Positions 33,188-41,086 of a stretch of DNA of 49,224 bases are shown piece by piece (within the stretch, counting starts at the first letter, position 1; each line of letters begins with the position of its first letter). The position numbers were made by a program, and so were the translations under genes. The notes under the pieces were generated by a model. The model did no database searches. It was given only the letters and a program-made list of their open reading frames with translations, and was not told the origin of the DNA. The stretch lies in IMG/VR virus record IMGVR_UViG_2563366934_000004; one strand, given 5' to 3'. The DNA comes from a virus. Lineage: Duplodnaviria; Heunggongvirae; Uroviricota; Caudoviricetes.

Positions 33188-33432
33188 GCCTGTGTCCATA
33201 TTACGTGGGTAGGATCAGAAACACCCCGACGCCTCATCAATATTCACTCTACCCACACCATATGAATGATAAATATTTAATGCTGAAAAAACCATTAGAC
33301 CGTATAACAAACACTCAATCAATACTTAACAGAACTTTTATTTTTGACAAACATATTATGTTTTCAACAATATCCTGAGCCAGGTATATTCCAGTATAAG
33401 GCTCTGCCGGAAGGAATCTGGAAGAATGAATA

Positions 33433-33509
33433 TGGCGCGCTGTACTGGATTCGAACCAGTGACCGATTGCTTAGAAGGCAATTGCTCTGTCCGGCTGAGC
33501 TAACAACGC
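33433..33509 (-). tRNA. argO: tRNA-Arg (anticodon UCU)
   Basis: 77 nt; cloverleaf folded by hand: acceptor GCGTTGT/ACAGCGC, D-arm GCTC/GAGC, anticodon arm ATTGC-CTTCTAA-GCAAT, T-arm CACTG-GTTCGAATCC-AGTA; CCA encoded. Confidence 0.8.
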
Positions 33510-33522
33510 TGAATACCGATAA

Positions 33523-33602
33523 TGGACCGCCATCGGGGACCCGCCCCCGCACCAACAACCCTGTTATCGTGTCGTCTGCTCTTCCTGATAAGCTAATGGC
33601 GG
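33523..33602 (-). pseudogene. tRNA-like element with degenerate anticodon arm (possible argN-type relic)
   Basis: 80 nt; perfect 7-bp acceptor stem (CCGCCAT/ATGGCGG) + discriminator + CCA; canonical U8 and D-arm (GCTT/GAGC, GG in loop); but no pairable anticodon stem and a T-arm with 6-nt loop lacking TTC. Confidence 0.4.
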
Positions 33603-33609
33603 TTTGTGA

Positions 33610-33685
33610 TGGTGGCCCTTGCTGGATTTGAACCAGCGACCTGGCGATTATGAGTCGCTCGCTCTCACCACTGAGCTAAAGGGCC
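33610..33685 (-). tRNA. ileZ: tRNA with CAU anticodon, tRNA-Ile2-like (ileZ-type; could also be read as Met)
   Basis: 76 nt; acceptor GGCCCTT/AAGGGCC, anticodon loop CTCATAA, T-loop GGTTCAAATCC, CCA encoded; body resembles recalled E. coli ileX. Confidence 0.75.
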
Positions 33686-33721
33686 GGGAGCAGAATAATA
33701 ACGGTCCGTAATTAATTCCGC

Positions 33722-33749
33722 AATAAAAAACCCGCTCGGCGGCGGGTTG
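33722..33749 (-). terminator. tR'-like rho-independent terminator downstream of PR'
   Basis: Minus strand CCCGC-CGCCGA-GCGGG followed by TTTTTTATT, about 60 nt downstream of the putative PR'. Confidence 0.6.
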
Positions 33750-33788
33750 TAGAAACTCTTCTAACGTCAGGCATAAAAAGCCCATCAT

Positions 33789-33825
33789 TATGACGAATTT
33801 ACCACAGATTCCGGAAAAATCAACC
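33789..33825 (-). promoter_or_regulatory. Putative late promoter PR' (with qut region)
   Basis: Minus strand TTGATT (-35), 16-nt spacer, TAAATT (-10), directly after Q stop; resembles recalled lambda PR' (TTGACT ... TAAATT). Confidence 0.4.
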
Positions 33826-33828
33826 TTG

Positions 33829-34650
33829 TTACCTAGTTACCTTTTTTAACTGCCGCTCAGCCCATGCTTCTTCAATATCAAACCGGGTCACCAGCGCATC
33901 ATAGAATTTCTTAACTGTTTTTTCCCATGACGCGCGTGTTATCTGGTTTGTCACCTCGCATATAGCATTAAATGCCTCCGTTGATGGTAGTCTTTCATAG
34001 CCACGACCACCACAACGCTGGCAGTCTCTGATAACAGGCATACCACGTTTTACCGACTCTTCACGGTGAATGGCGACACCACGCCCACGGCAATCCTTAC
34101 AGGCGGTGGAAACCTCACCCTTTCCGCCACACTCCGGACAGGCAACTTTTACCACCTCCCTGACTTTTTTCCATTCTTCCCAGTAAGACGGATACACACC
34201 TTTCGTACACTTTGCCCATACCGGCGGCTTACCATCCGGATACTGGACCTTGTTTGTAAAAACTACGCTTTCAATAAATTTTTCCCCATAGCAACAAGGG
34301 CACTGCTTTTTACTCGCTGCGCTGCGGGCATAATCCTCAAAAGCGTACGAAGCCATAATGCGCATCACTACCGGTTTTATTTCTGCCGGAAGTTTTCTCA
34401 ACGCCGCCACACGATCGCACCGACTGAGTGCATAATCTGCCAGTAATTCTGTTGCCCGCGCCCTGTCATTCATACTGATGCCCATTTTCCCCAGGAACGC
34501 AGAAAACCCCATCTCAGCCCGATTCTGTGTCATGCCCTGCGCGGCCATCACATCAGTGATACTCAGCGCATCTTTTGACGTTGAAGCCGATGCATCGGTC
34601 AGGCAAGGGGATTTTGGGGAGTAGTATTTCGGTAAATCTTCCAGTTTCAT
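33829..34650 (-). CDS. quuQ: Late antiterminator Q (Zn-finger type)
   Basis: 273 aa, ATG 34648-34650; several CxxC pairs (CPCC, CPECGGKG, CKDCRGRG, CQRCGGRG); located directly upstream of PR'/tR' and lysis genes. Confidence 0.75.
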   Translation of the reverse strand: MKLEDLPKYYSPKSPCLTDASASTSKDALSITDVMAAQGMTQNRAEMGFSAFLGKMGISMNDRARATELLADYALSRCDRVAALRKLPAEIKPVVMRIMASYAFEDYARSAASKKQCPCCYGEKFIESVVFTNKVQYPDGKPPVWAKCTKGVYPSYWEEWKKVREVVKVACPECGGKGEVSTACKDCRGRGVAIHREESVKRGMPVIRDCQRCGGRGYERLPSTEAFNAICEVTNQITRASWEKTVKKFYDALVTRFDIEEAWAERQLKKVTR

Positions 34651-35021
34651 TTTTTGACCTGCTCTTCATGCATTATGGGGTAAATCTTCACCCCCATACG
34701 TCCACCAGATACTGGCTGACCACGAACGATATTGATTTCATCAAACTGCTCATCGTCCATTAACACTCCCGCATGCGTCAGCGCATCCAGCGGTGCTTTC
34801 AGGATATTGTCCAGGTCGCGACGACGCTTATCCGGTGGCTCTGCAATCACCTTTATCGCCAGCCTTCCGGACAGGCTTAATTTCAGCCGCTGCTGGCGAA
34901 CAATAAGCGCCACAGCCCGGCGATAACGCTTTCCCTCCTCCGAGATAAAATATGTGCTGCCACGGCGTCGCCAGTAAGTGTTCACCGTCGGCGGGTAAGG
35001 TAAAACCAAATCTATGAGCAT
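34647..35021 (-). CDS. rusA: Holliday junction resolvase RusA
   Basis: 124 aa; MLIDLVLPYPPTVNTYWRRRG... typical RusA N-terminus. Confidence 0.85.
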   Translation of the reverse strand: MLIDLVLPYPPTVNTYWRRRGSTYFISEEGKRYRRAVALIVRQQRLKLSLSGRLAIKVIAEPPDKRRRDLDNILKAPLDALTHAGVLMDDEQFDEINIVRGQPVSGGRMGVKIYPIMHEEQVKK

Positions 35022-35033
35022 CAGTCACCTCTT

Positions 35034-36083
35034 TTACCCAAGCACGCCAGTTGCAAAGGCGTGATCAAGAAAACGAAAAATTAAATCAACCTGAGAACCA
35101 TGCTTTTCTTCGAACGCCAGCGGATCCGCATGAAGCTCGTTGTGATGCTCCCGACACAGCGGTAGCGTGAAAATATCGTGAGATTTTGTCCCCATTCCGC
35201 CCTCACCATGACCAATCAGGTGATGGGGATCGTCGGCTGGCTTACCACAACACGCACACGGCTGTGTCTTCACCCAGCGTGTGTATTTCTCGTTAACCCA
35301 GCGGCGACGTTTAGGTCGTTTCATAAAAGATTCCGGAGACTCAGGATCAACGGCAATGCTGACCACCGTCTTTTCCTGTGGTGGGTTCTGTTGCTGGTGG
35401 GCGTGAGGCAGCGGCGCAAGATTTTTTGTGCGCTGTTTCAGTATGCTGGTGGCGGTCTGCTCTCCCGGTACGATGTCGCTTTCACGGTACATTGAGCGGA
35501 TTTTTTCCGCACGCAACCCCAGCGAACGACGTAATACCGCTTCCGGTAGCGCGTCCGCCACCTGATTGCGGACCGCCCACCAGGATAATTCAGCCAGAGA
35601 TAATTCACGCTCCTGCGTACCGCTTATTGCGTGACGGATGACGTCAATCACCCATGCTGTCAGATTTTGTTGAGCAAGCAGCTCCAGTGATTCCGATGTC
35701 TGGTCACGCAGTTGGTTGTCACAGTGCCAGCACAACACCATTGCGCCGGTACCATAACGGTGAATGACTGTTTCAGTGTGATGGTAATCGCCATTAGGCC
35801 ACTGGCAGGATGTAACATGACGTAATAGCCAGTCGGACAATGCGCCAACGCCGCCAGCAGCACGAATCACCCGTTCGTTACTAAAAAACGGCAGCAATGT
35901 TTTGTCTTCCGCCAGCGGCTGGCGAACGGCAGGAACGACTCCGGATGGCAGATTACGCATGCTTTTTGGTTCCGGTTCCACCAGCACTCGAGGATTATGA
36001 AATATCTGTATGGATTCACGGCCCGGCTTAAGGACCACCAGCCCAAGCTCAGGCACCAGAACAGGTCTAAGTAATACCCGCAC
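35034..36083 (-). CDS. ydfU: DUF968-family prophage protein (YdfU-like)
   Basis: 349 aa if started at GTG 36081-36083, adjacent to the upstream ORF stop; C-terminal HNH-like CxxC...H motifs. Confidence 0.7.
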   Translation of the reverse strand: MRVLLRPVLVPELGLVVLKPGRESIQIFHNPRVLVEPEPKSMRNLPSGVVPAVRQPLAEDKTLLPFFSNERVIRAAGGVGALSDWLLRHVTSCQWPNGDYHHTETVIHRYGTGAMVLCWHCDNQLRDQTSESLELLAQQNLTAWVIDVIRHAISGTQERELSLAELSWWAVRNQVADALPEAVLRRSLGLRAEKIRSMYRESDIVPGEQTATSILKQRTKNLAPLPHAHQQQNPPQEKTVVSIAVDPESPESFMKRPKRRRWVNEKYTRWVKTQPCACCGKPADDPHHLIGHGEGGMGTKSHDIFTLPLCREHHNELHADPLAFEEKHGSQVDLIFRFLDHAFATGVLG

Positions 36084-36084
36084 G

Positions 36085-36363
36085 TTACCTCCAGATGCGT
36101 TGCTGGAAAGTGCGGGACGCACGTGGTGGGCGGTCGGAATAAGGCAGCCTGACAGAGATTATCCAGTGCCGATAGTCGAGACTGAGAGCTTTCTTAACCT
36201 CGAACCCGCGCCTGCGGTAAGAATGAATCAGCCATTCGGCCTGTTCTGCAGTGCATGGAGGGTGCTGGAACCATTCAGACTTGAATGCGTGAGAATACCG
36301 CCCGTGCGTGCAGGCAAGAACGGGCGAATTATCAGAATTGTAATATTTTGCGTTGCGTGCCAT
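36085..36363 (-). CDS. Hypothetical small prophage protein
   Basis: 92 aa, ATG 36361-36363; stop sits 1 nt from the GTG start of ydfU (translational coupling). Confidence 0.45.
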   Translation of the reverse strand: MARNAKYYNSDNSPVLACTHGRYSHAFKSEWFQHPPCTAEQAEWLIHSYRRRGFEVKKALSLDYRHWIISVRLPYSDRPPRASRTFQQRIWR

Positions 36364-36429
36364 CGGTTTTCTCCGGTGGCACGGTGTTACTCAGCGGGAG
36401 TTCAGCCCCGCGCAAGATTGTAGATGAGT

Positions 36430-36681
36430 TTATTCTCCTGAAAAAGCAGAAAAGCCAGCTTTTATTCCGATCTCTTTCAATGCCTGTAATGAAGTGACAA
36501 ACTCACCTTCGCGCAAGATAAATCCGTCCGTGACCCGAGCATCCACAAAATTAATTAACGCAGCCCCATTCTTTCGCAAACACATAATGCGGTAATGACT
36601 AACAAGATTTCCATTTTCAACGCACACAGCATAGAGGCCATCTTCACAAAAAATTTTACGCAGTTCTTCGATGTTCATCAT
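36430..36681 (-). CDS. Hypothetical small prophage protein (Rem-position)
   Basis: 83-aa ORF; assignment by position relative to hok/ydfU only. Confidence 0.4.
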   Translation of the reverse strand: MMNIEELRKIFCEDGLYAVCVENGNLVSHYRIMCLRKNGAALINFVDARVTDGFILREGEFVTSLQALKEIGIKAGFSAFSGE

Positions 36682-36802
36682 CAGAATCCTTCCGGATAAT
36701 TAGCTCTCCCCTTTAAGGGACCATCCCTCTTATCCCTGCGCGCTACTTAAGTATTTTTGATTCTATTCCGGCACCGTCCAGAACTTCAAACGCGTTGAAA
36801 AT

Positions 36803-36833
36803 AAAAACAAAAACCCGCCGAAGCGGGTTAAGT
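36803..36833 (-). terminator. Rho-independent terminator after hok
   Basis: Minus strand CCCGC-TTCG-GCGGG followed by TTTTTGTTTTT. Confidence 0.6.
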
Positions 36834-36897
36834 GCGGGTGCGTTGAGGATGCCTGCCACATCAGAGGTGGCGAGGGATTTCTCCCTCGCCGGGTCTC

Positions 36898-37053
36898 TTA
36901 CTCCTCAGGTTCGTAAGCTGTGAAGACAGCGACCTCCGTCTGGCCGGTTCGGATTCGTACCTCGCAGAGGTCTTTCCTCGTTACCAGTGCCGTCACTATG
37001 ACGGTTAAACAGATGACGATCAGGGCGATTAACATCGCCTTTTGCTGCTTCAT
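36898..37053 (-). CDS. hokD: Hok-family type I toxin (HokD/Gef-like)
   Basis: 51 aa MKQQKAMLIALIVICLTVIVTALVTRKDLCEVRIRTGQTEVAVFTAYEPEE; in-frame upstream extension corresponds to the mok-type overlapping frame. Confidence 0.85.
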   Translation of the reverse strand: MKQQKAMLIALIVICLTVIVTALVTRKDLCEVRIRTGQTEVAVFTAYEPEE

Positions 37054-37795
37054 AGCCTGCTTCTCCTTGCCTTTCGGCACGTAAGAGGCTAACCTACATG
37101 TGTCTAGCATAGATATGGCCTCAGATTAATGTTAAGCGTCTTGCCGGACGCGTAATGTTAACTGGGGCTTTTCTCTATCTGCCTTTGGTGTTGATGCCCG
37201 AGGCAGATAGCCTCAAGCACCCGCAGCAATTCTACTTAACTACCGTTACCTCGCCAATATGAAATCAATCAGAAAGGTGATCCATAAGAACAACAGCAAG
37301 ACAATAAATTGCCATTACAGCAGCAATAGCCAGCGCACATTTGAGAACCAGCACCACAACCTCCTGTATTGGACGTACACCAGTCCTGATAAATATGAGG
37401 CTGTCTCGTCAGTGATTCAATACAACTACTGGGTATAGTTTCTATGATTTTGTTCTGTGGAAATGGAAAACAGCAACCAGTCACGACCAGCACTTCTTTA
37501 AACATGCCAAGTCACACGCAAGCCAACATTATAGTTCCCTTTGAGCGAGCAGATGAAGCTAGCAAAAATATTGATCACTTAGGATGCATTACTAACGTTG
37601 CTATGTGTTAACGAACAGGGAGTGGGTCATCAGCATAAATATTTATGCAGTAGGTTTCTTTTAGGACTAGATTAATCAAAAACATTTAGATAAAATTATA
37701 AAATCAAGAAATTGGTGGCAATTAATCTTTAATTGTGCCAGCTGAATTTCGTTATTATAGAAGATTAGCTTTTTTTTGAATATTTGGAGAGTAAA

Positions 37796-38491
37796 ATGTT
37801 AGAACCACCAAAGAGTTATAATGAAATGTTGCCTATGCTCCATAAGGCGACTTTTATTACTACATTTATATTTTACCTATCATTAGTCATTTATGGCTAC
37901 ATGCCATTGGTTGGCATTAATGCCAAGTATATCCCCCCCGTTAAAGACTACGAGGAATTTATTAAATGGATATTAACCTTTGGCATATTACCAATTGCAT
38001 CTTCAGTTTTTTGGTCAGTAATTAGTGGAGCTTTAGATCTACATAATAATGTAGCAAAAATTATTGGAATAAGGAAGATGTGGGATAGTCATTTAATTAT
38101 TAAACCATTAGCAAAAATTGCAGGCGTTACGAGAAAATTAACTACTGATGAATCTCACAAGGTAATGAGTAAACTGTATTACCCAGAAGTTAAAGAGTTA
38201 AAAGACAAACATTACGTTGAACTTTTCTGGAACAAAGTTTATTACTTTTGGGTTTTCTTTGAACATACAGTAATCGCATTTGTTACTATTTTAATAATAA
38301 GTATCGCCAAATTAACAAATATATTCTCTGTTACTGGCTCTTTAATTAATCTTTGGTTGTGGATTATTTCTCTTGTCGCATTTGACTTCCTTATTTTCAT
38401 AGCATCAGTTAAACCAAGAACAGAAAGCCAAGTAAGACAAATACCTGATAGCAAAATAAAAGAATTCTTTAACAATAACAATATTTTTTAA
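37796..38491 (+). CDS. Integral membrane protein (about 4 TM), unknown function; AT-rich cargo
   Basis: 231 aa from ATG 37796 (GGAG RBS 6 nt upstream); four strongly hydrophobic segments; AT-rich codon usage. Confidence 0.6.
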   Translation: MLEPPKSYNEMLPMLHKATFITTFIFYLSLVIYGYMPLVGINAKYIPPVKDYEEFIKWILTFGILPIASSVFWSVISGALDLHNNVAKIIGIRKMWDSHLIIKPLAKIAGVTRKLTTDESHKVMSKLYYPEVKELKDKHYVELFWNKVYYFWVFFEHTVIAFVTILIISIAKLTNIFSVTGSLINLWLWIISLVAFDFLIFIASVKPRTESQVRQIPDSKIKEFFNNNNIF

Positions 38492-38497
38492 ACGAGG

Positions 38498-39157
38498 TTG
38501 ATTTTGAATTATAAAATAAATGGAATAAACATACGTTCAGAAAATGCAGCGAAACCGCACACTATGCCATCTAACTATCTCTGTAAACAGATTGAAAGCA
38601 CTAATAAAAATGGCAATGCCCTTGATTTTGGATGTGGAAAACTTAGATATTCAGAACAATTAGTAAATAAATTTGAAACTGTGACATTTTTAGATTCCAG
38701 AAGACAACTAGAAAGAGTGCAAATTATCAGAGGTGTACAAACCACGATTCCAGATTACGTGATAAATAACTATAAGAATGCTAATATTGTTTCTTATGAA
38801 AATATAGATAAAATAACAAATCATTATGATTTCATACTTTGCGCAAACGTGCTTTCCGCAATTCCATGTGAATCCACAATTCACAAAGTCCTCAGTGCGA
38901 TTAGAGAATTATTAAAGAGTGATGGTGAAGCACTGATTGTCAATCAATACAAAAGTTCTTATTTCAAGAGGTACGAGAGCGGTATTAAACATTTGCATGG
39001 GTATATATACCAAAACTCTCGTAATGCTTTCTACTATGGTTTATTAGATGTGGATACTGTAAGTAAAATATGCTCAGATAATAATTTAGAAATAATAAAA
39101 TCATGGAGCAAAGCAGGTAGTTCATATGTGGTTGTTGGTAAACATATACATATTTAG
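38498..39157 (+). CDS. Class I SAM-dependent methyltransferase (small, Rossmann-type)
   Basis: Motif I LDFGCGKL and downstream FILCANVL motif; starts 7 nt after the membrane-protein stop (exact start uncertain: TTG 38498/38504 or ATG 38564). Confidence 0.6.
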   Translation: MILNYKINGINIRSENAAKPHTMPSNYLCKQIESTNKNGNALDFGCGKLRYSEQLVNKFETVTFLDSRRQLERVQIIRGVQTTIPDYVINNYKNANIVSYENIDKITNHYDFILCANVLSAIPCESTIHKVLSAIRELLKSDGEALIVNQYKSSYFKRYESGIKHLHGYIYQNSRNAFYYGLLDVDTVSKICSDNNLEIIKSWSKAGSSYVVVGKHIHI

Positions 39158-39471
39158 TTTATTTCAACAAATTATTAGAAAGAGTGATTTGCTTGTTAAT
39201 CATTAGCTCGGCAGTGCCGGATCAACATGACCCTGCCACTTAGGCCATTGCCGGTTTACCTACTTTTGTAAGGTTCAGCATGAAGTTTTTATATACTCTT
39301 CCTAATATCAATAGTGATGCTCGCTTATGTTAGCTGCTTCTTGTACATAGTAGCCTTCTCCGACAGTACTGCAATGAGCGGAGAGTAAAAGTCGATAAAC
39401 AATAAGGAGGTTCACAATAAATATTTCTCGGTGAAACTTTCAAAGCATTCTCTGTTTTGCTAAATCGACAA

Positions 39472-40371
39472 TTATAAATCAACAACATTTAGTGTTATAT
39501 CAATATTATTTAGCCTTGCAATCTCTGATGAATCACTTGCTATTTTAGCTTTTAATTTATCAATATTAATCATATCTTCATGGCTTATATAAACCATATC
39601 ACCTTGGTTAACTTTAGATTTGTTCACTATGGCTTGAATAACAGACAAATCATCCATTACACCTCTCATAAATTTCACCATGCTTTGATCTTTGAAGTCA
39701 GATATCGATTTTGAACGTTGCTTACGTTGAATTGTTCCTTTTGTAATTACTTCATTAATTTCTTTTAAACCAGTGAGCATATCAGACAGACTGCCTTCGC
39801 AACTCATCCGATGTTTTATTGCATTGCGATTAATAATATTGAGTATAATTTCGAGTGAATCTTTATCACTCCATGGATGTAATGATGTATAATCATGATG
39901 GCGTCGAATGGCGTCAATCATATCCTGGACCATATCTTCATCTGCTTTATCGCAAAGTTCATTCACGAAATAGCTGGGGTCGATTATTTTACAATAACTT
40001 GGAGTTAGGTATCTTGAGGCTTTACAAAAACCAAAAATATATAAAGTAGAGTATTTATCTTTCAGACTCTCTCCTATTTCATTTGTTTCCTCAAAAGATT
40101 CGATAGTTTTTTTAATTTTTGCTGGACTTGCATTCGTAGTAACTTGAACTGCTATCATGTTTTTATTATCAGCTAAATCAATGGCGGGAAAATTAACTTT
40201 AATCTGATTCATGTTTACCAGTTCACCCATTTTCAGCGCGCGAAACATAAAGATGGTCAATGACTCAATTATTCTTTCCATGTCATGAAAGCCTGCCTGT
40301 TTGCGTTGCGCGATATAAAGCTGGAGTAGTGCAATATCACTCTGTAAGTTTCTAATAAGTGGATCAATCAT
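39472..40371 (-). CDS. Hypothetical 299-aa protein, N-terminal region possibly SMEK-like
   Basis: ATG 40369-40371; AT-rich; N-terminal motif NFPAIDLADNKNMIAVQVTTN recalled (unverified) as characteristic of SMEK-type N-terminal domains; convergent with the membrane/MTase pair. Confidence 0.55.
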   Translation of the reverse strand: MIDPLIRNLQSDIALLQLYIAQRKQAGFHDMERIIESLTIFMFRALKMGELVNMNQIKVNFPAIDLADNKNMIAVQVTTNASPAKIKKTIESFEETNEIGESLKDKYSTLYIFGFCKASRYLTPSYCKIIDPSYFVNELCDKADEDMVQDMIDAIRRHHDYTSLHPWSDKDSLEIILNIINRNAIKHRMSCEGSLSDMLTGLKEINEVITKGTIQRKQRSKSISDFKDQSMVKFMRGVMDDLSVIQAIVNKSKVNQGDMVYISHEDMINIDKLKAKIASDSSEIARLNNIDITLNVVDL

Positions 40372-40623
40372 AGCTAATAATCCTTTTCAATGAAGCTGGA
40401 GGTGTGTTTAACTATTAGTTAAATTTCTATTTTTATAGAAACAAGCTTTACAACTTCATCAAAGTTTCTCAAATCCTAATCCACTTTGCAAATCCACTAA
40501 CCATGCTGAATGCTTTCTGTTGTTAAACATATCCGCTGCTGGCACCAAGCAGACAAACACACTAACTCTACCCTACTCCACAAAAGAGCCAATCAATATC
40601 TGAACTAATAAACTTTAATCTCA

Positions 40624-41046
40624 TCACTTCAATAAATATCGAGCATTTCCCTGATAGAATGCTAGTATGCGCTGCATAACTTCACTCTTCCGGCACTCGC
40701 GACAGATTATGTTCTGACGCCTGTCGTAGCGACGTATTTCTCCGTCAGGTAATGACCAGATAAGGTCCGGATCAACCGCAGATGGTTCCTTCAGCTTTGC
40801 CCTTGAGAGCTTTTTACGGGCATTTTGCCAGTCCTTACGCGCCTGTTCAGACGGGAATAACCCGTAACCAGAGTTGTATACATCGCCGCTGGCAACCAGC
40901 TCTCTTGCGAGAACGCTCATCAGATATCTTGTCGCACCTGTCTTGACTTCCAGTTGCCGTAACGTCTCACGACCGCTCTGGCGCACGAGTTCCACCACCT
41001 GCCCTTTAATTTTTTCCCGCTCTTCTTGTGTAAAAACTTTTGCCAC
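40624..41046 (-). CDS. Hypothetical protein downstream of replication initiator
   Basis: 140-aa ORF, probable GTG start; contains CRECRK; function unknown. Confidence 0.45.
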   Translation of the reverse strand: MAKVFTQEEREKIKGQVVELVRQSGRETLRQLEVKTGATRYLMSVLARELVASGDVYNSGYGLFPSEQARKDWQNARKKLSRAKLKEPSAVDPDLIWSLPDGEIRRYDRRQNIICRECRKSEVMQRILAFYQGNARYLLK

Positions 41047-41086
41047 AAGTCCCCCTTAAAATTACCTCATGACCTGAAATCAAAAC

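Larger units (their letters stand above)
31960..33217 (+). mobile_element. IS3: IS3 insertion sequence (1258 bp) with 3-bp GAA target-site duplication
   Basis: Left end TGATCTTACCCAGCAATAGTGGACACG at 31960, right end ...CGTGGGTAGGATCA at 33217; GAA at 31957-31959 and 33218-33220; encodes orfA/orfB. Confidence 0.9.

Noticed and set aside
30000-33900. Shiga toxin (stx) or another toxin in the Q-to-holin interval
   Set aside because: The interval holds only the tRNAs, IS3, an IS-split ORF, a possible 28-aa peptide and the two TolA-like lipoproteins; no A/B5-toxin-like ORFs.
36700-37800. relB-relE toxin-antitoxin pair upstream of hok
   Set aside because: No ORFs with RelE/RelB features; the region has only the Cys-rich ORF and the leader hairpin.
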